Notes: a model not told the origin generated them from the letters alone. DNA of 64,000 nucleotides from Anaerohalosphaeraceae bacterium (GCA_050309605.1 JBNRMN010000067.1:64001-128000); one strand, 5' to 3'. Numbered from the stretch's first letter, positions 18,429 through 28,640 are shown. Translations and numbers: made by a program.

Positions 18429-19281
18429 GGGCAGATACCTTGTCAAAACATTTCAGGTCAATTGTTTTTTGTGAGACAATTTTTCGAGCGCAAACCACAA
18501 AATCATAAAAGTCTTGGTTAATGTCTGATAAGAAGTTCATGAAGTTAATGTCTGCAATTTCTTTTTGTCGTGCGGATACAATAATTTCGCTCTGAAGTGG
18601 CCTATCAATATTTAAGTGAATAACCCCGATTCCGTATCCGTTATTCAAGCGAGTCAGGTTTGAAATAAAATCTTTGTCGCGATTCAAATCGCCAACAACT
18701 AAATATCCAAAGTTCGCCCAACTGGAATTCGAGACAGCCTGAAAGTAACATTCAGTAAAGTTGCCCTTGTTAATTTCCAGTTTTAACTCAAAACTATAAA
18801 ATTCAAATACTTTTGTTGACAGAATGCCTAATTTTTCCACTTCAGATTGAAAAAGCGTATTTAGGTTTAGCAATACAGGATTCAAGCCCACAATGTCAGG
18901 ATTCGACCATATACTTATCTTGTTATTTCGCCGTTTTTTAACTTTTAGTGCATTGATCGTTTTGCAATATACATTGAATCTGTTAAACACAAACTCAGCT
19001 AATGGTTGATGTAGTTCGGCTTCTTTCAAAGATTTTTTTAGTGGAATACTCCTATCCCGAATTATAAATCGACGAGGACCAGCTTTCAATAGTACCGGAT
19101 CCCATCCGCTTGAATATTTTGTAAGTCTTCTGGCAATAGCAGAAAGTGGAACTTTGACGCGAGTAAACTCTTCACATTTCTTATGTTTTGGATTTTTTTC
19201 AATAAGCTCTAAAATTTCACCTTGAGATAATGGCTTCTTAGCTTCTTCTAATGCTTCTATGATCAATTCAATAAGCCTCAT
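18379..19281 (-). CDS. HrgA/COG2958-like protein (N-terminal winged HTH plus PD-(D/E)xK-like domain)
   Basis: EAELHQPL, WSNPDIVG, YSFELK, CYFQAVSNSSWANFGYLV, YGIGVIHL. RBS GAGGAG. Very AT-rich. Confidence 0.8.
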   Translation of the reverse strand: MRLIELIIEALEEAKKPLSQGEILELIEKNPKHKKCEEFTRVKVPLSAIARRLTKYSSGWDPVLLKAGPRRFIIRDRSIPLKKSLKEAELHQPLAEFVFNRFNVYCKTINALKVKKRRNNKISIWSNPDIVGLNPVLLNLNTLFQSEVEKLGILSTKVFEFYSFELKLEINKGNFTECYFQAVSNSSWANFGYLVVGDLNRDKDFISNLTRLNNGYGIGVIHLNIDRPLQSEIIVSARQKEIADINFMNFLSDINQDFYDFVVCARKIVSQKTIDLKCFDKVSAHEENKIYCKFGNESAC

Positions 19282-19487
19282 ATCATGTAACTCCTCTCTG
19301 AGCAATTGAATTTCTCTCTACATAGGTGATTTTACGGAATAACGAATGGGAAAATCGGAGCCAAATATGTCAATATCCGCTAAAAAAACCTGTGTTTCGC
19401 TTCTGGTTTTTTTTTAGTGTATAACTCATGTTTCACCCGAACAAAATTCATCTCGAAAGTCATGTATAATACTCTTTAGCTGGAATG

Positions 19488-20588
19488 TCAAGGTTTGTTA
19501 TTTTTTCGCCATGTTCGCAGGGCGTCCAGGAGATGCTGCATATCGTCGGGCAGGGGGGCCTCGAAGTGCATCCGCTGTGCGGTGGTCGGATGGGTCAGTT
19601 CCAGCCGCCAGGCGTGCAGGGCGCAGCGGGCCATCAGCGGCTGTTCGGGCACGGCGGGGCGATCTTCGATTTGCCAGGAATAGACGATTTTTCCGCCGTA
19701 CATATCATCGGCGACGATGGGGTGTTTCAGCCAGGACAGGTGCACGCGAATCTGATGGGTGCGTCCGGTCTTGAGGTCGAGTTTGACCAGCGCATAGCCG
19801 CGAAAGGCCTCGATCACTTCGTAAAACGTGACGGCCTCTTTGCCGATGTCATGGCGGACGGCGAATTTTTCGCGCACGAGCGGATGGACGCCGAGCGGCT
19901 GACTGATGCGGTCGGCGGTCAATTCCGGCACGCCGTGAATCAGGGCGACGTACGTTTTCTTGACGGTGCGTTCGGCAAACTGTCGGCTCAGCTTCCAATG
20001 GGCGGTATCGGTTTTGGCCACGACCAGACAGCCGGTGGTGTTGCGGTCCAGACGATGGACGATGCCGGGACGCCGGTCGTCCCCGCCGCCGGACGATAGT
20101 TTCTGAAAATGATACACCAGCCCGTTGACGAGCGTGCCGTTTTTGTAGCCGCGCGCCGGATGGACGATCAGATTGGCCTGTTTGTTCAGTACGAGCAGGT
20201 CGTCGTCTTCATACAGAATGTGCAGGGGAATGTCTTCGGGGATCAGCTCGCGCAGTTCGCGCGGCGGCAAAATCAGATCGATCCAGTCGCCCGGATTGAG
20301 TTTGCAGCTCGGCTTGGCGGGACGTCCGTTGACATTGACGCCCTGTTCCATGATGAGTTTTTGCAGTCGTGTCCGGCTGAACTGGCTGAACCGACCGGTT
20401 AGATATTTATCCAGTCGCCGATGTTTAAGGTTGGTTCCGACGCGAAAGCGCAACTCCCGACCGGCCAGTTCATCGGACGGATCCTGTTCGTCGAGCACGT
20501 CCTCTGTCGCGCAAGGATCCTCCGGCGACGGGATCGCGGGCGGCTTTGGCTCAATGTCTTCAAATGGCGGTAATTCGGTCGAAACCAT
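19488..20588 (-). CDS. rluD: RluA family 23S rRNA pseudouridine synthase with S4 domain
   Basis: RLDKYL, ILYEDDD, RPGIVHRLDRNTTG, TGRTHQIRVH, ALHAWRLELTHP. Confidence 0.93.
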   Translation of the reverse strand: MVSTELPPFEDIEPKPPAIPSPEDPCATEDVLDEQDPSDELAGRELRFRVGTNLKHRRLDKYLTGRFSQFSRTRLQKLIMEQGVNVNGRPAKPSCKLNPGDWIDLILPPRELRELIPEDIPLHILYEDDDLLVLNKQANLIVHPARGYKNGTLVNGLVYHFQKLSSGGGDDRRPGIVHRLDRNTTGCLVVAKTDTAHWKLSRQFAERTVKKTYVALIHGVPELTADRISQPLGVHPLVREKFAVRHDIGKEAVTFYEVIEAFRGYALVKLDLKTGRTHQIRVHLSWLKHPIVADDMYGGKIVYSWQIEDRPAVPEQPLMARCALHAWRLELTHPTTAQRMHFEAPLPDDMQHLLDALRTWRKNNKP

Positions 20589-20750
20589 TGTCCTGATTGA
20601 TTCACACTTGATTCATAGAGAACCGACTTATGAGCATGACTGCGCCGGTCAAATACAGGCGATACCGCTGCCGGCCTCGATCCCTTCGGTCAACGCCGAA
20701 ACACGTTATCAATAGTCCTGTGGCTGGAATGCGTTGGGGTCGTACGGACG

Positions 20751-21644
20751 TCAGTTTTGTTCGCTGTCCGGTTCGGCCCGTGCCTCCGATTCGGAATCTG
20801 CGGTCGGCAGGCTCACGGCATCAGCGCCCAAATCCGGCATGGCGGGCGTGAGCGAATCCAGCGACGGCGGCGTCTGAAAGACCGAGCCGGGATCGGCCTG
20901 GAACATCTCGCCGCTTACATTGTCCGGCATAAGAAAATCCTCATCCGGCATGGCCGCCGGCGCCGGCGCAAAGGCAAACGTCTCAAGATTTTCGTTCAGC
21001 GCAGCCAGCCGCTGTCGGGCCTTGGCCGGGAACAGGGTGGCGGCAAATTCGGGCGCGTCGATGATGTGCTGATATATTTCGGCCGCCTGGTCGCGCTGTC
21101 CCAGTTCTTCAGCGCACAGGCCCAGACCCAATGTGGCCATCGCCTTCAGGGTTGGCGTGGTCGCCGCGGCCAGGGCCTTTTCATAGGCTTGCCGCGCCTG
21201 TTCGATTCGCGAATGTACGTCTTCAACATCGATCAGGCCGGGCCGCAAGTGCAGTTCCGTTCGCAGGGCCTGAGCCGCTTTGATCTGGGCCAGGGCTTGG
21301 AGGTCAGGGTTGCCGGTCTGGTCGGCCTGGTCGAGCAGGGCATTGGCGCTGACCAGCAGGGCATTGCTCGCTTCCTCGACGGAGCCGCCTTCTTCTTGCT
21401 CGGCCGCCTGAAGGATGCGGTACACATCGGCCTCGAGCGACTGAATCATTTCGGTGATGGACGCCGCTTTGGCGATGTCGCGCTGCTGACGCATCCGGGA
21501 AAACATCGGCCAGGTAATCAGTCCGATGAGAATCAGGGTGATGCCGATAATTGTGCTAACATTGCGCTTCAGGAAGTCCGGGGCGTGTGTCAGCCAGTCA
21601 GCCAATTCGTTGGTTTTCAGTTCATGGCGATGTTTTGCGTCCAT
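20751..21644 (-). CDS. Membrane-anchored TPR protein (YfgM-like)
   Basis: HRHELKTNELADW N-terminus, one TM helix, TPR-like helices (ATLGLGLCAEELGQRDQAAEIYQHI). Confidence 0.7.
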   Translation of the reverse strand: MDAKHRHELKTNELADWLTHAPDFLKRNVSTIIGITLILIGLITWPMFSRMRQQRDIAKAASITEMIQSLEADVYRILQAAEQEEGGSVEEASNALLVSANALLDQADQTGNPDLQALAQIKAAQALRTELHLRPGLIDVEDVHSRIEQARQAYEKALAAATTPTLKAMATLGLGLCAEELGQRDQAAEIYQHIIDAPEFAATLFPAKARQRLAALNENLETFAFAPAPAAMPDEDFLMPDNVSGEMFQADPGSVFQTPPSLDSLTPAMPDLGADAVSLPTADSESEARAEPDSEQN

Positions 21645-21725
21645 TATTGTCTCCGTTAATCAAGTTTTGACTCTATTGATGTCTATTTCTCACAACCCAA
21701 AAACCCTATTATAGGAAAAATGCTT

Positions 21726-21754
21726 TTGACTTACAAGAAGCGTTTGCCGATACT
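21726..21754 (+). promoter_or_regulatory. Putative sigma70 promoter of the S55 protease operon
   Basis: TTGACT, 17-nt spacer, GATACT. Confidence 0.45.
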
Positions 21755-21803
21755 GAACGTATTACATTGCCGCCCGTAAACACGATAACAGGATAAGCGA
21801 AAA

Positions 21804-23603
21804 ATGACGGAAAGACGAAAGAAAATGCATCAATTGTGCGTTTTATCGATGTTATTGCTCGTTTTCAGTTTCTCAAACGGGCAGATTGACCGCAGCCAAT
21901 ACATTACTCTGGACGAAGTCCGGACGGATATGGAGGCTTATGCGCTGACGGTGTGGTACGGGACTGAAATTGAAACATTCCCGCTGAAGGTTCTCAGTGT
22001 GGTCCGAAATCGCCAGCCGGGCGAAGATATGATCCTGGTGGTCGGCGAGGATGAGCGTTTCAAGCAGGCCGGTGCGGTCCGAGGTTGCAGCGGCTCGCCG
22101 GTTTTTATTGACGGGCGATTGGCCGGGGCGCTGGCGGCCGGCTGGAGTGCGGCCAAGGAACCGCTCTATCTGGTACGTCCGATTGAAGCGATGCTCGAAG
22201 TGGGCACGCTGCCTGCGACCGAACCGCCCGGACAGGGACGTCGGCTGATTAAAATGGATGGCAGCCAGCCGCTGGATCTGGAGGCGGTTGCCGAGCAGGT
22301 CACCCGTGCGTTTGGCTCGCGATCCGCCGGCGACCGTCCGCTGCTGCCGCTGGCGACCTCGCTGCCGGCGCACGTGTGCGGCGAACTGGCCGAGGGATTT
22401 CGGTCGCTGGGGGTGATGCCGATTCCGGGCGGCTTGACCGCCTCGACGGTTTCGGATGCGACTGATGAGGCCCCGTTTGAACGGGGCGGCGTGCTGTCGG
22501 TGGTGTTGTGCTCAGGGGATATCAATCTGGCCGGCGTCGGAACCGTCACGGAAGTGGACGGCGATATCGTCTATGGTTTCGGCCATGATTTTACCGGTAT
22601 CGGTGCGGTGGAGTTTCCCATGGGCGACGGGTTTGTGCATTCGGTTATTGCCTCGCGCGATATGTCGTTCAAGCTGGCCACGCCCGGGACCATCAGAGGT
22701 ACGATTCAATTTGATCAATATGCGGCGGTTCGCGGTCAAATCGGCAAGATGCCCACGATGGTCCCGATGCAAATTACCGTCGAGCGATTTAACGACCCTC
22801 AGGTGCGTACCTACGCGTGTCGGTTGGCTTATGATCGTGAATATACCCCCATGATCGCCCGGATGGTTGCCCAGGCCGCGGCGCTGATGCGGGGGCCGCT
22901 TCCTCCGGAGCACACAGTGCGGTATCAGGGACGGATTACGGTCCAGGGCGGCGAGCCGATTGCGTTTGAGAATGTCTCTTCCGGCCGCAGCGTCGCCGAG
23001 GTGGGGTCAGAGCTGCTTAGTACCTTGACGCTGCTGCTGAACAACTCGTTTGAAGTGGTCAAACCCGAGTCGATTGATCTGGATATGGTGATTGAACCGG
23101 ATGACAGCACCGCAGCGATCTGGTCGGCGCGACTGTCGCAGGCCGTCGTCAAGCCCGGTCAAACGATTACGGCCGATGTGATGCTGCAAACGTTTCGTGC
23201 TGAGCGCATTGCGGCCTCAGTGGAACTGACGATTCCGGAAACCATGCCCCCCGGCAAGTACCCGCTTCATCTGTTGGGGGCGTCCGCCTACAATTCGTTT
23301 TTGAATCAGAATGCCCCGCAGCGGTTTCGTGTTGTCGATGCCGAGTCGCTGCGGACGGGTCTGAATCGTGTGCTGAATATGCCGCGCAATCGGCTGTATG
23401 CGGTGCTGCCGATTCCCGCAACCGGCTTGACACTGCGTCGGCACGAGTTGCCCGATCTGCCGCCGTCACGGATGCTTCTGATTCAGGATGCCCGACGGCT
23501 GGAGCCGATTGAACCGTACAAAAACTGGATAGAAAACAACGCTGAACTGGACAAAATCGTGTCCGGCGGCGCTCAGATTGAATTGACCGTTGAACAACCT
23601 TAA
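21804..23603 (+). CDS. SpoIVB-like (S55) serine peptidase, secreted, circularly permuted
   Basis: Signal peptide; GAVRGCSGSPVFIDGRLAGALA (Ser96); GVGTVTEVDGDIVYGFGH (His261). Confidence 0.85.
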   Translation: MTERRKKMHQLCVLSMLLLVFSFSNGQIDRSQYITLDEVRTDMEAYALTVWYGTEIETFPLKVLSVVRNRQPGEDMILVVGEDERFKQAGAVRGCSGSPVFIDGRLAGALAAGWSAAKEPLYLVRPIEAMLEVGTLPATEPPGQGRRLIKMDGSQPLDLEAVAEQVTRAFGSRSAGDRPLLPLATSLPAHVCGELAEGFRSLGVMPIPGGLTASTVSDATDEAPFERGGVLSVVLCSGDINLAGVGTVTEVDGDIVYGFGHDFTGIGAVEFPMGDGFVHSVIASRDMSFKLATPGTIRGTIQFDQYAAVRGQIGKMPTMVPMQITVERFNDPQVRTYACRLAYDREYTPMIARMVAQAAALMRGPLPPEHTVRYQGRITVQGGEPIAFENVSSGRSVAEVGSELLSTLTLLLNNSFEVVKPESIDLDMVIEPDDSTAAIWSARLSQAVVKPGQTITADVMLQTFRAERIAASVELTIPETMPPGKYPLHLLGASAYNSFLNQNAPQRFRVVDAESLRTGLNRVLNMPRNRLYAVLPIPATGLTLRRHELPDLPPSRMLLIQDARRLEPIEPYKNWIENNAELDKIVSGGAQIELTVEQP

Positions 23604-23615
23604 TACCGGGAAACA

Positions 23616-25817
23616 GTGCTGATGAACAACAAAAGAATCGAGGGTTTTGTGCGTTTTGTTTGTCTTTTCTTTTTTTATGCTGCGGCGGGGGCGTTGGCGG
23701 TTACGTCGGTCATAACGCGGCACAACAGCGGCGAGGATTTTGCCAAAGGCGATACCGAGCAGGTTGTTGTGGATTCTGCCGGAACGCTGCGGCTGGCTCC
23801 GCGAACTCGGCATATCGACTGCGGCCAATTGCTCAATGACGTGTGGACGATCAACTGTCTGTTGACCGACCATCGTCAGGCGCTGTATCTGGGTACAAGC
23901 CCCAATGGAACGGTTATTCGCATTCTGAATGATCAGGCGTTGCAGGTCTGGCCCAAACACACCGCCGACCCGACCGTCGGCGACGGATTTACCAATCAGC
24001 ACGTGTTTGCATTGGCGCTGGATGTGGCCGACCGATTGCTGATCGGCGTCAGCGGTGAAAAAGGGAAGCTCGTTCGGCTCGGCGCCGAGGCCGAGACCGT
24101 CTTCGAACATGACAAAGTGCAGTATATCCACGCGATTGCCCGCGACGCCGAGGATCATATTTATCTGGGAACCGGCCCTGAAGGACTGATCTTCCGACTG
24201 GACCCGTTCTGCCAGTCGGCGGAGATCTTTTACGATACCCAGGACAAAAACATTCTGTCGCTGGTGGTTGGCGACGGGGTGCTGTATGCCGGCTCCGACC
24301 AGCGGGGGCTGGTCTATAAACTGTCGCTGGACGGCAAAGAGGTATCGGTGCTGTACGATTCCGAGCAGACGGAAATCACCGCGCTGCAGACCGATGCGGC
24401 GGGCAATGTCTATGCCGCTGCGACCAGCGCGCAGGCCGCGGCCCAGCAGCTTCGCGCCGCCTCGGCGGCGATGGCCAAATCACCCGGACGTCCCGACACC
24501 GAGGCGTCGGCTCAACCCGACGGCGAGGGGGTAACACTGACCACCGCCAACAGCGATGACGCCAAAGACGACCAGCAGCAACAGCCGTCTCGTCCGACAC
24601 CGTCGCCGCCTCAGCCCCCTGCGGCCCGCACCGCCGGACAGATTTACAAGATCACGCCGGACGGTTTTGTGACGACGGTCTTCAGTGAAATGGCGGTCTT
24701 TTACACGTTGCTGATTCAGGATGACAGACTCTGGCTGGGCACCGGCAATGACGGACGTCTTTACACCGTCAAGCCCGCAACCGAGGAAAAGAGCATTGCG
24801 TATGAAGACAAGCTCTCGGCGCAGATTACGGCGCTGACGCAGGTCAACGGCGCGTTTTATGTAGGCTTGTCCAATCCGGCGCGTCTGATACGGCTTGAAC
24901 AGGCCTATGAGAACGAAGGCCTGTTTCGTTCGCCGTTAATTGATGCCGGCCAGCCGGCCCGCTGGGGAAAGATTCAGCTTGAGGCGGATGTGCCCGGCGG
25001 CTGTGAGATTCGGGTCGCCTCCCGCAGCGGCAACGTCAATGACCCCAACGACCCGACGTTTTCGCCCTGGACTGATGAAACGGTGTTGACCGGCCCGGCG
25101 GAACTGCACAATCCGGTCGGACGCTTTTTGCAGTACCGGTTGCGGCTGTCCGCCTCGGCGGATGACAAAACGCCCGTCGTACGCGAAGCGGCGGTCTCGC
25201 ATGTAGTGCCCAATCTGTCACCACAGGTCACGAGCGTGCGCGCGGCCCGTTCACGTGACAAAAACAAGCCGGGTATTGTCGAGATTAACTTTGCCGCTCA
25301 GGACGACAATCGCGATGAACTGACCTACAAAATAGAATTTCGTCAGATCGGGCGCAGCCGCTGGATTCTGCTCAAAGATGAACTGACCCAGCCGCGATTC
25401 GAATGGGACGGACGCACCGTTGCGGACGGGCGCTATGAGATACGCGTCACCGCCGATGATTACAAGGGCAACTGTCCCGATACCGCACTGACCGGTTCGC
25501 GCGTCAGCGATCCGTTGGTGATTGACAATACCCCGCCGGTCATCGACAGCGCCGACGTCCGCATCGAGGGCGGCGACGTTGTATTGAAGCTGAACGTCCG
25601 CGACGAACTGACCGTCATCGGCAAGGTGGCTTATACCGTCAACAGCCATGAACGCTGGATCAGTGTGCTGCCGGATGATTCGATCTATGATGCACTGGAA
25701 GAAACGTTTACGATTCGGATTAACGATCTGGACAGCGGACCGAATGTGATTGCCGTGTCCGTGGCCGATGATGTGGGCAATACGCACTACCGAAGTTTTG
25801 AAGTGCAGATTCCGTAG
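23616..25817 (+). CDS. Secreted beta-propeller repeat protein with C-terminal Ig/Fn3-like domains
   Basis: Signal peptide; repeated blades (LYLGTSPNG, IYLGTGPEG, LYAGSDQRG, LWLGTGNDG); central low-complexity linker; WDGRTVADGRYEIRVTA; IDNTPPVI. Confidence 0.75.
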   Translation: MLMNNKRIEGFVRFVCLFFFYAAAGALAVTSVITRHNSGEDFAKGDTEQVVVDSAGTLRLAPRTRHIDCGQLLNDVWTINCLLTDHRQALYLGTSPNGTVIRILNDQALQVWPKHTADPTVGDGFTNQHVFALALDVADRLLIGVSGEKGKLVRLGAEAETVFEHDKVQYIHAIARDAEDHIYLGTGPEGLIFRLDPFCQSAEIFYDTQDKNILSLVVGDGVLYAGSDQRGLVYKLSLDGKEVSVLYDSEQTEITALQTDAAGNVYAAATSAQAAAQQLRAASAAMAKSPGRPDTEASAQPDGEGVTLTTANSDDAKDDQQQQPSRPTPSPPQPPAARTAGQIYKITPDGFVTTVFSEMAVFYTLLIQDDRLWLGTGNDGRLYTVKPATEEKSIAYEDKLSAQITALTQVNGAFYVGLSNPARLIRLEQAYENEGLFRSPLIDAGQPARWGKIQLEADVPGGCEIRVASRSGNVNDPNDPTFSPWTDETVLTGPAELHNPVGRFLQYRLRLSASADDKTPVVREAAVSHVVPNLSPQVTSVRAARSRDKNKPGIVEINFAAQDDNRDELTYKIEFRQIGRSRWILLKDELTQPRFEWDGRTVADGRYEIRVTADDYKGNCPDTALTGSRVSDPLVIDNTPPVIDSADVRIEGGDVVLKLNVRDELTVIGKVAYTVNSHERWISVLPDDSIYDALEETFTIRINDLDSGPNVIAVSVADDVGNTHYRSFEVQIP

Positions 25818-25874
25818 AACCCAAACAAAGCCGAATAGCAAAAAAGTGAATGCATAACACAACGGAGGTGAATT

Positions 25875-26948
25875 ATGGCGACTCTTGACAGCATTGAAAA
25901 AATCCTGGGTCAGGACGCGGCGTCTTTATTGTCATTCCATTCGCCGAAGATTTCAAAAGACCACCTGCACATTCCCGGCCCTGACTGGGTGGACCGAATC
26001 TTCGGGCCGTCGGATCGGCCGGTTCCGGTATTAAACAGCGTGCGGCGGTTTTTCTGTGATCGGGGGCGTTTGGCCGGAACGGGGTATCTGTCGCTGCTGC
26101 CGGTCGATCAGGGCGTCGAACATTCCGGAGGTGCATCGTTTGCCCCTAATCCGATCTATTTCGATCCGGAAAATATCGTCAAGCTGGCCCTCGAAGGCGG
26201 CTGCAACGGCGTGGCCTCGACGCTGGGTGTGCTGGGCAGTGTGTCGCGCAAGTACGCCCATCAGATCCCGTTTATCGTCAAGCTCAATCACAATGAGCTG
26301 CTGACCTGTCCGAACAAATTTGATCAGGTGATGTTTGCTGCGGTCAAACAGGCCTGGGACCTTGGCGCTGCGGCTGTCGGAGCGACGATCTATTACGGTT
26401 CGCAGGAAAGCAGCCGCCAGATCGTGGAGGTCAGCGAGGCCTTCGAAATGGCGCACGAGCTGGGCATGGCGACGGTGTTGTGGTGCTATCTGCGTAATCC
26501 GGCCTTCAAAGTGGACGGCAAAGACTACCACACCAGCAGCGACCTGACCGGACAGGCCAACCATCTGGGCGCGACGATTGAGGCCGACCTGATTAAACAA
26601 AAACAGCCAACGCTGGACGGCGGCTACAAAGCGCTGAACAAGGACGGCAGCTTCGGCAAGTACAGCGACGCGATGTACACTGACCTGAACAGCGACCATC
26701 CGATTGACCTGACTCGCTATCAGGTGGCCAATAATTATATGGGGCGAATCGGCCTGATCAACAGCGGCGGCGCATCGGGCAAGAATGACCTGGCCCAGGC
26801 GGTCCGCACGGCGGTGATCAATAAACGCGCCGGCGGCATTGGCCTGATCAGCGGACGCAAGGCCTTTCAAAAGCCGATGAAAGACGGCGTCGCGCTGCTC
26901 AATGCCATTCAGGATGTCTATCTGTGCAAAGAAGTCACCGTGGCGTGA
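25875..26948 (+). CDS. fbaB: Class I fructose-bisphosphate aldolase
   Basis: [62 protein letters not shown]. Confidence 0.97.
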   Translation: MATLDSIEKILGQDAASLLSFHSPKISKDHLHIPGPDWVDRIFGPSDRPVPVLNSVRRFFCDRGRLAGTGYLSLLPVDQGVEHSGGASFAPNPIYFDPENIVKLALEGGCNGVASTLGVLGSVSRKYAHQIPFIVKLNHNELLTCPNKFDQVMFAAVKQAWDLGAAAVGATIYYGSQESSRQIVEVSEAFEMAHELGMATVLWCYLRNPAFKVDGKDYHTSSDLTGQANHLGATIEADLIKQKQPTLDGGYKALNKDGSFGKYSDAMYTDLNSDHPIDLTRYQVANNYMGRIGLINSGGASGKNDLAQAVRTAVINKRAGGIGLISGRKAFQKPMKDGVALLNAIQDVYLCKEVTVA

Positions 26949-26964
26949 TGTGAAAGGTGATGGC

Positions 26965-27387
26965 ATGGCACTGGAATTGAGCGCTCTTGAAAAAGCTGTC
27001 AATTCGTTTGAAAAGGCAGTTGATGCCGTCAACACAGCTTCGCATATTCCCGGCCTTGACGAAGATATTCTCGACACGGTCAAGGCGGGGGTCATTCAAA
27101 ACTTTGAATTTACCTATGAATTGTGCTGGAAGTTTATCAAGCGGTGGCTCCAGGCCAATTATGGCCCGTCGTTTGCCGAGGGCGTCCATCGCCGCGAACT
27201 GTTTCGGATGGCGGCGGAAAACGGACTGATTGATGACGTTATGCTGTGGATGGATTTTCATCAGTCGCGCAATCTGACATCGCATACCTACGATCAGGGT
27301 GTGGCCGATGAGGTCTTTGAAATCGCGCTGAAATTTTTACCTGAAGCCCGGCGGTTGCTCAAGGCAATTGAGGCGCGCAATGATTGA
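26965..27387 (+). CDS. HI0074-family HEPN (nucleotidyltransferase substrate-binding) protein, putative RNase toxin
   Basis: GVIQNFEFTYELCWK; R-X4-H motif SRNLTSHTYD. Confidence 0.9.
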   Translation: MALELSALEKAVNSFEKAVDAVNTASHIPGLDEDILDTVKAGVIQNFEFTYELCWKFIKRWLQANYGPSFAEGVHRRELFRMAAENGLIDDVMLWMDFHQSRNLTSHTYDQGVADEVFEIALKFLPEARRLLKAIEARND

Positions 27388-27688
27388 CGTAACCGACCGG
27401 CAGATGGAATTGATTCGAGCGATTCTGGCCCGATATGTTCCTCACGCCGAGGTGCGGGCGTTTGGTTCGCGCGCCGACGGGACGGCTCGCAGGCATTCCG
27501 ATCTGGATATTGCGATTGTCGGCGATACAAAAATCGACTTTAGTACGCTCAACCGCCTGCGCGAGGCGTTTGAGGACAGCGAACTGCCGTTTCGTGTGGA
27601 TGTGCTGGATTGGCACGCTATCGCTGAGGACTTTCGCAAAGTGATTGACAGGCACTATGTTGTGATTCAACCGTTGCCAAAACAATAG
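27380..27688 (+). CDS. Minimal nucleotidyltransferase (MNT) antitoxin
   Basis: AFGSRADG...SDLDIAI, LPFRVDVLDW; overlaps the HEPN stop codon. Confidence 0.9.
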   Translation: MIDVTDRQMELIRAILARYVPHAEVRAFGSRADGTARRHSDLDIAIVGDTKIDFSTLNRLREAFEDSELPFRVDVLDWHAIAEDFRKVIDRHYVVIQPLPKQ

Positions 27689-27773
27689 AGGGGCATTGCT
27701 TGGATATTCACCCATGCGATTTTTTCTTGGGTGTATGCCGGCGCTTCCCTTTGAATAATCAATAAGATCAATA

Positions 27774-28640
27774 ATGCAAAAAAACATTGAATATCATCAG
27801 ATTGTTGAGTCGGTCCGGCAGGCGTGCATGACGGCGGCCTTTGAGCTGCCGGCGGATGTGCACGACGCCCTGAAGCGGGCGCGTCAGGCCGAGACCCATC
27901 CGCGAGCGCAGCGGATCCTTGATCAGCTTCTGGAGAACGCCCGCCTGGCGGCTGCGGATCGGATTGCGATGTGTCAGGATACGGGGCTGGTGGTGGTGTT
28001 CGTCGAGCTGGGGGTCGATGTTCGGATTGCCCCGCCGCAGAACAGAACAGAAGCGACTATCACCGATGCGATCAATGAGGGAATCGCGGCAGGCTATGAG
28101 CAGGGTTATTTGCGAAAAAGCGTGGTCGCCGAGCCGCTCGGCCGGCGTTCCAACACCACCACCAATACGCCCGCGATCATTCATTATGAGATCGTCTCCG
28201 GCGACCGGTTGCGGATATCGCTGATGGCCAAGGGCGGCGGCTGCGAGAATAAAAGCCAATTCCATATGTTCAACCCCACCGCCTCGGAAGTCGATATTAA
28301 AAACTGGATTGTTGAAGTCGTTAAATCCGCCGGGCCAAACGCCTGTCCCCCATTCGTGGTGGGGATAGGGCTGGGAGGTAACTTTGAACAGTCGTGCCTG
28401 CTGAGCAAGCGGGCACTGCTGCGCGACATCGGGTCCAGTCACCCTGATTCGTTTTATGCTCGTTTGGAAAGTGACCTGCTGGCCGCAGTCAACGCCACCG
28501 GTCTCGGCCCGCAGGGACTGGGCGGCGATACGACGGCCCTGGCGGTGCATATCGAGACCGCTCCGTGCCATATTGCCTCACTGCCGGTCGCGGTGAACAT
28601 CGAATGCCATGCCCATCGACATGTGCATTGGGTACTGTAA
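27774..28640 (+). CDS. Fe-S fumarate hydratase / tartrate dehydratase alpha subunit
   Basis: MCQDTG, GYLRKSVV, AKGGGCENKS, NACPP, GPQGLGG, PCHIASLPVAVNIECHAHRH. Confidence 0.92.
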   Translation: MQKNIEYHQIVESVRQACMTAAFELPADVHDALKRARQAETHPRAQRILDQLLENARLAAADRIAMCQDTGLVVVFVELGVDVRIAPPQNRTEATITDAINEGIAAGYEQGYLRKSVVAEPLGRRSNTTTNTPAIIHYEIVSGDRLRISLMAKGGGCENKSQFHMFNPTASEVDIKNWIVEVVKSAGPNACPPFVVGIGLGGNFEQSCLLSKRALLRDIGSSHPDSFYARLESDLLAAVNATGLGPQGLGGDTTALAVHIETAPCHIASLPVAVNIECHAHRHVHWVL

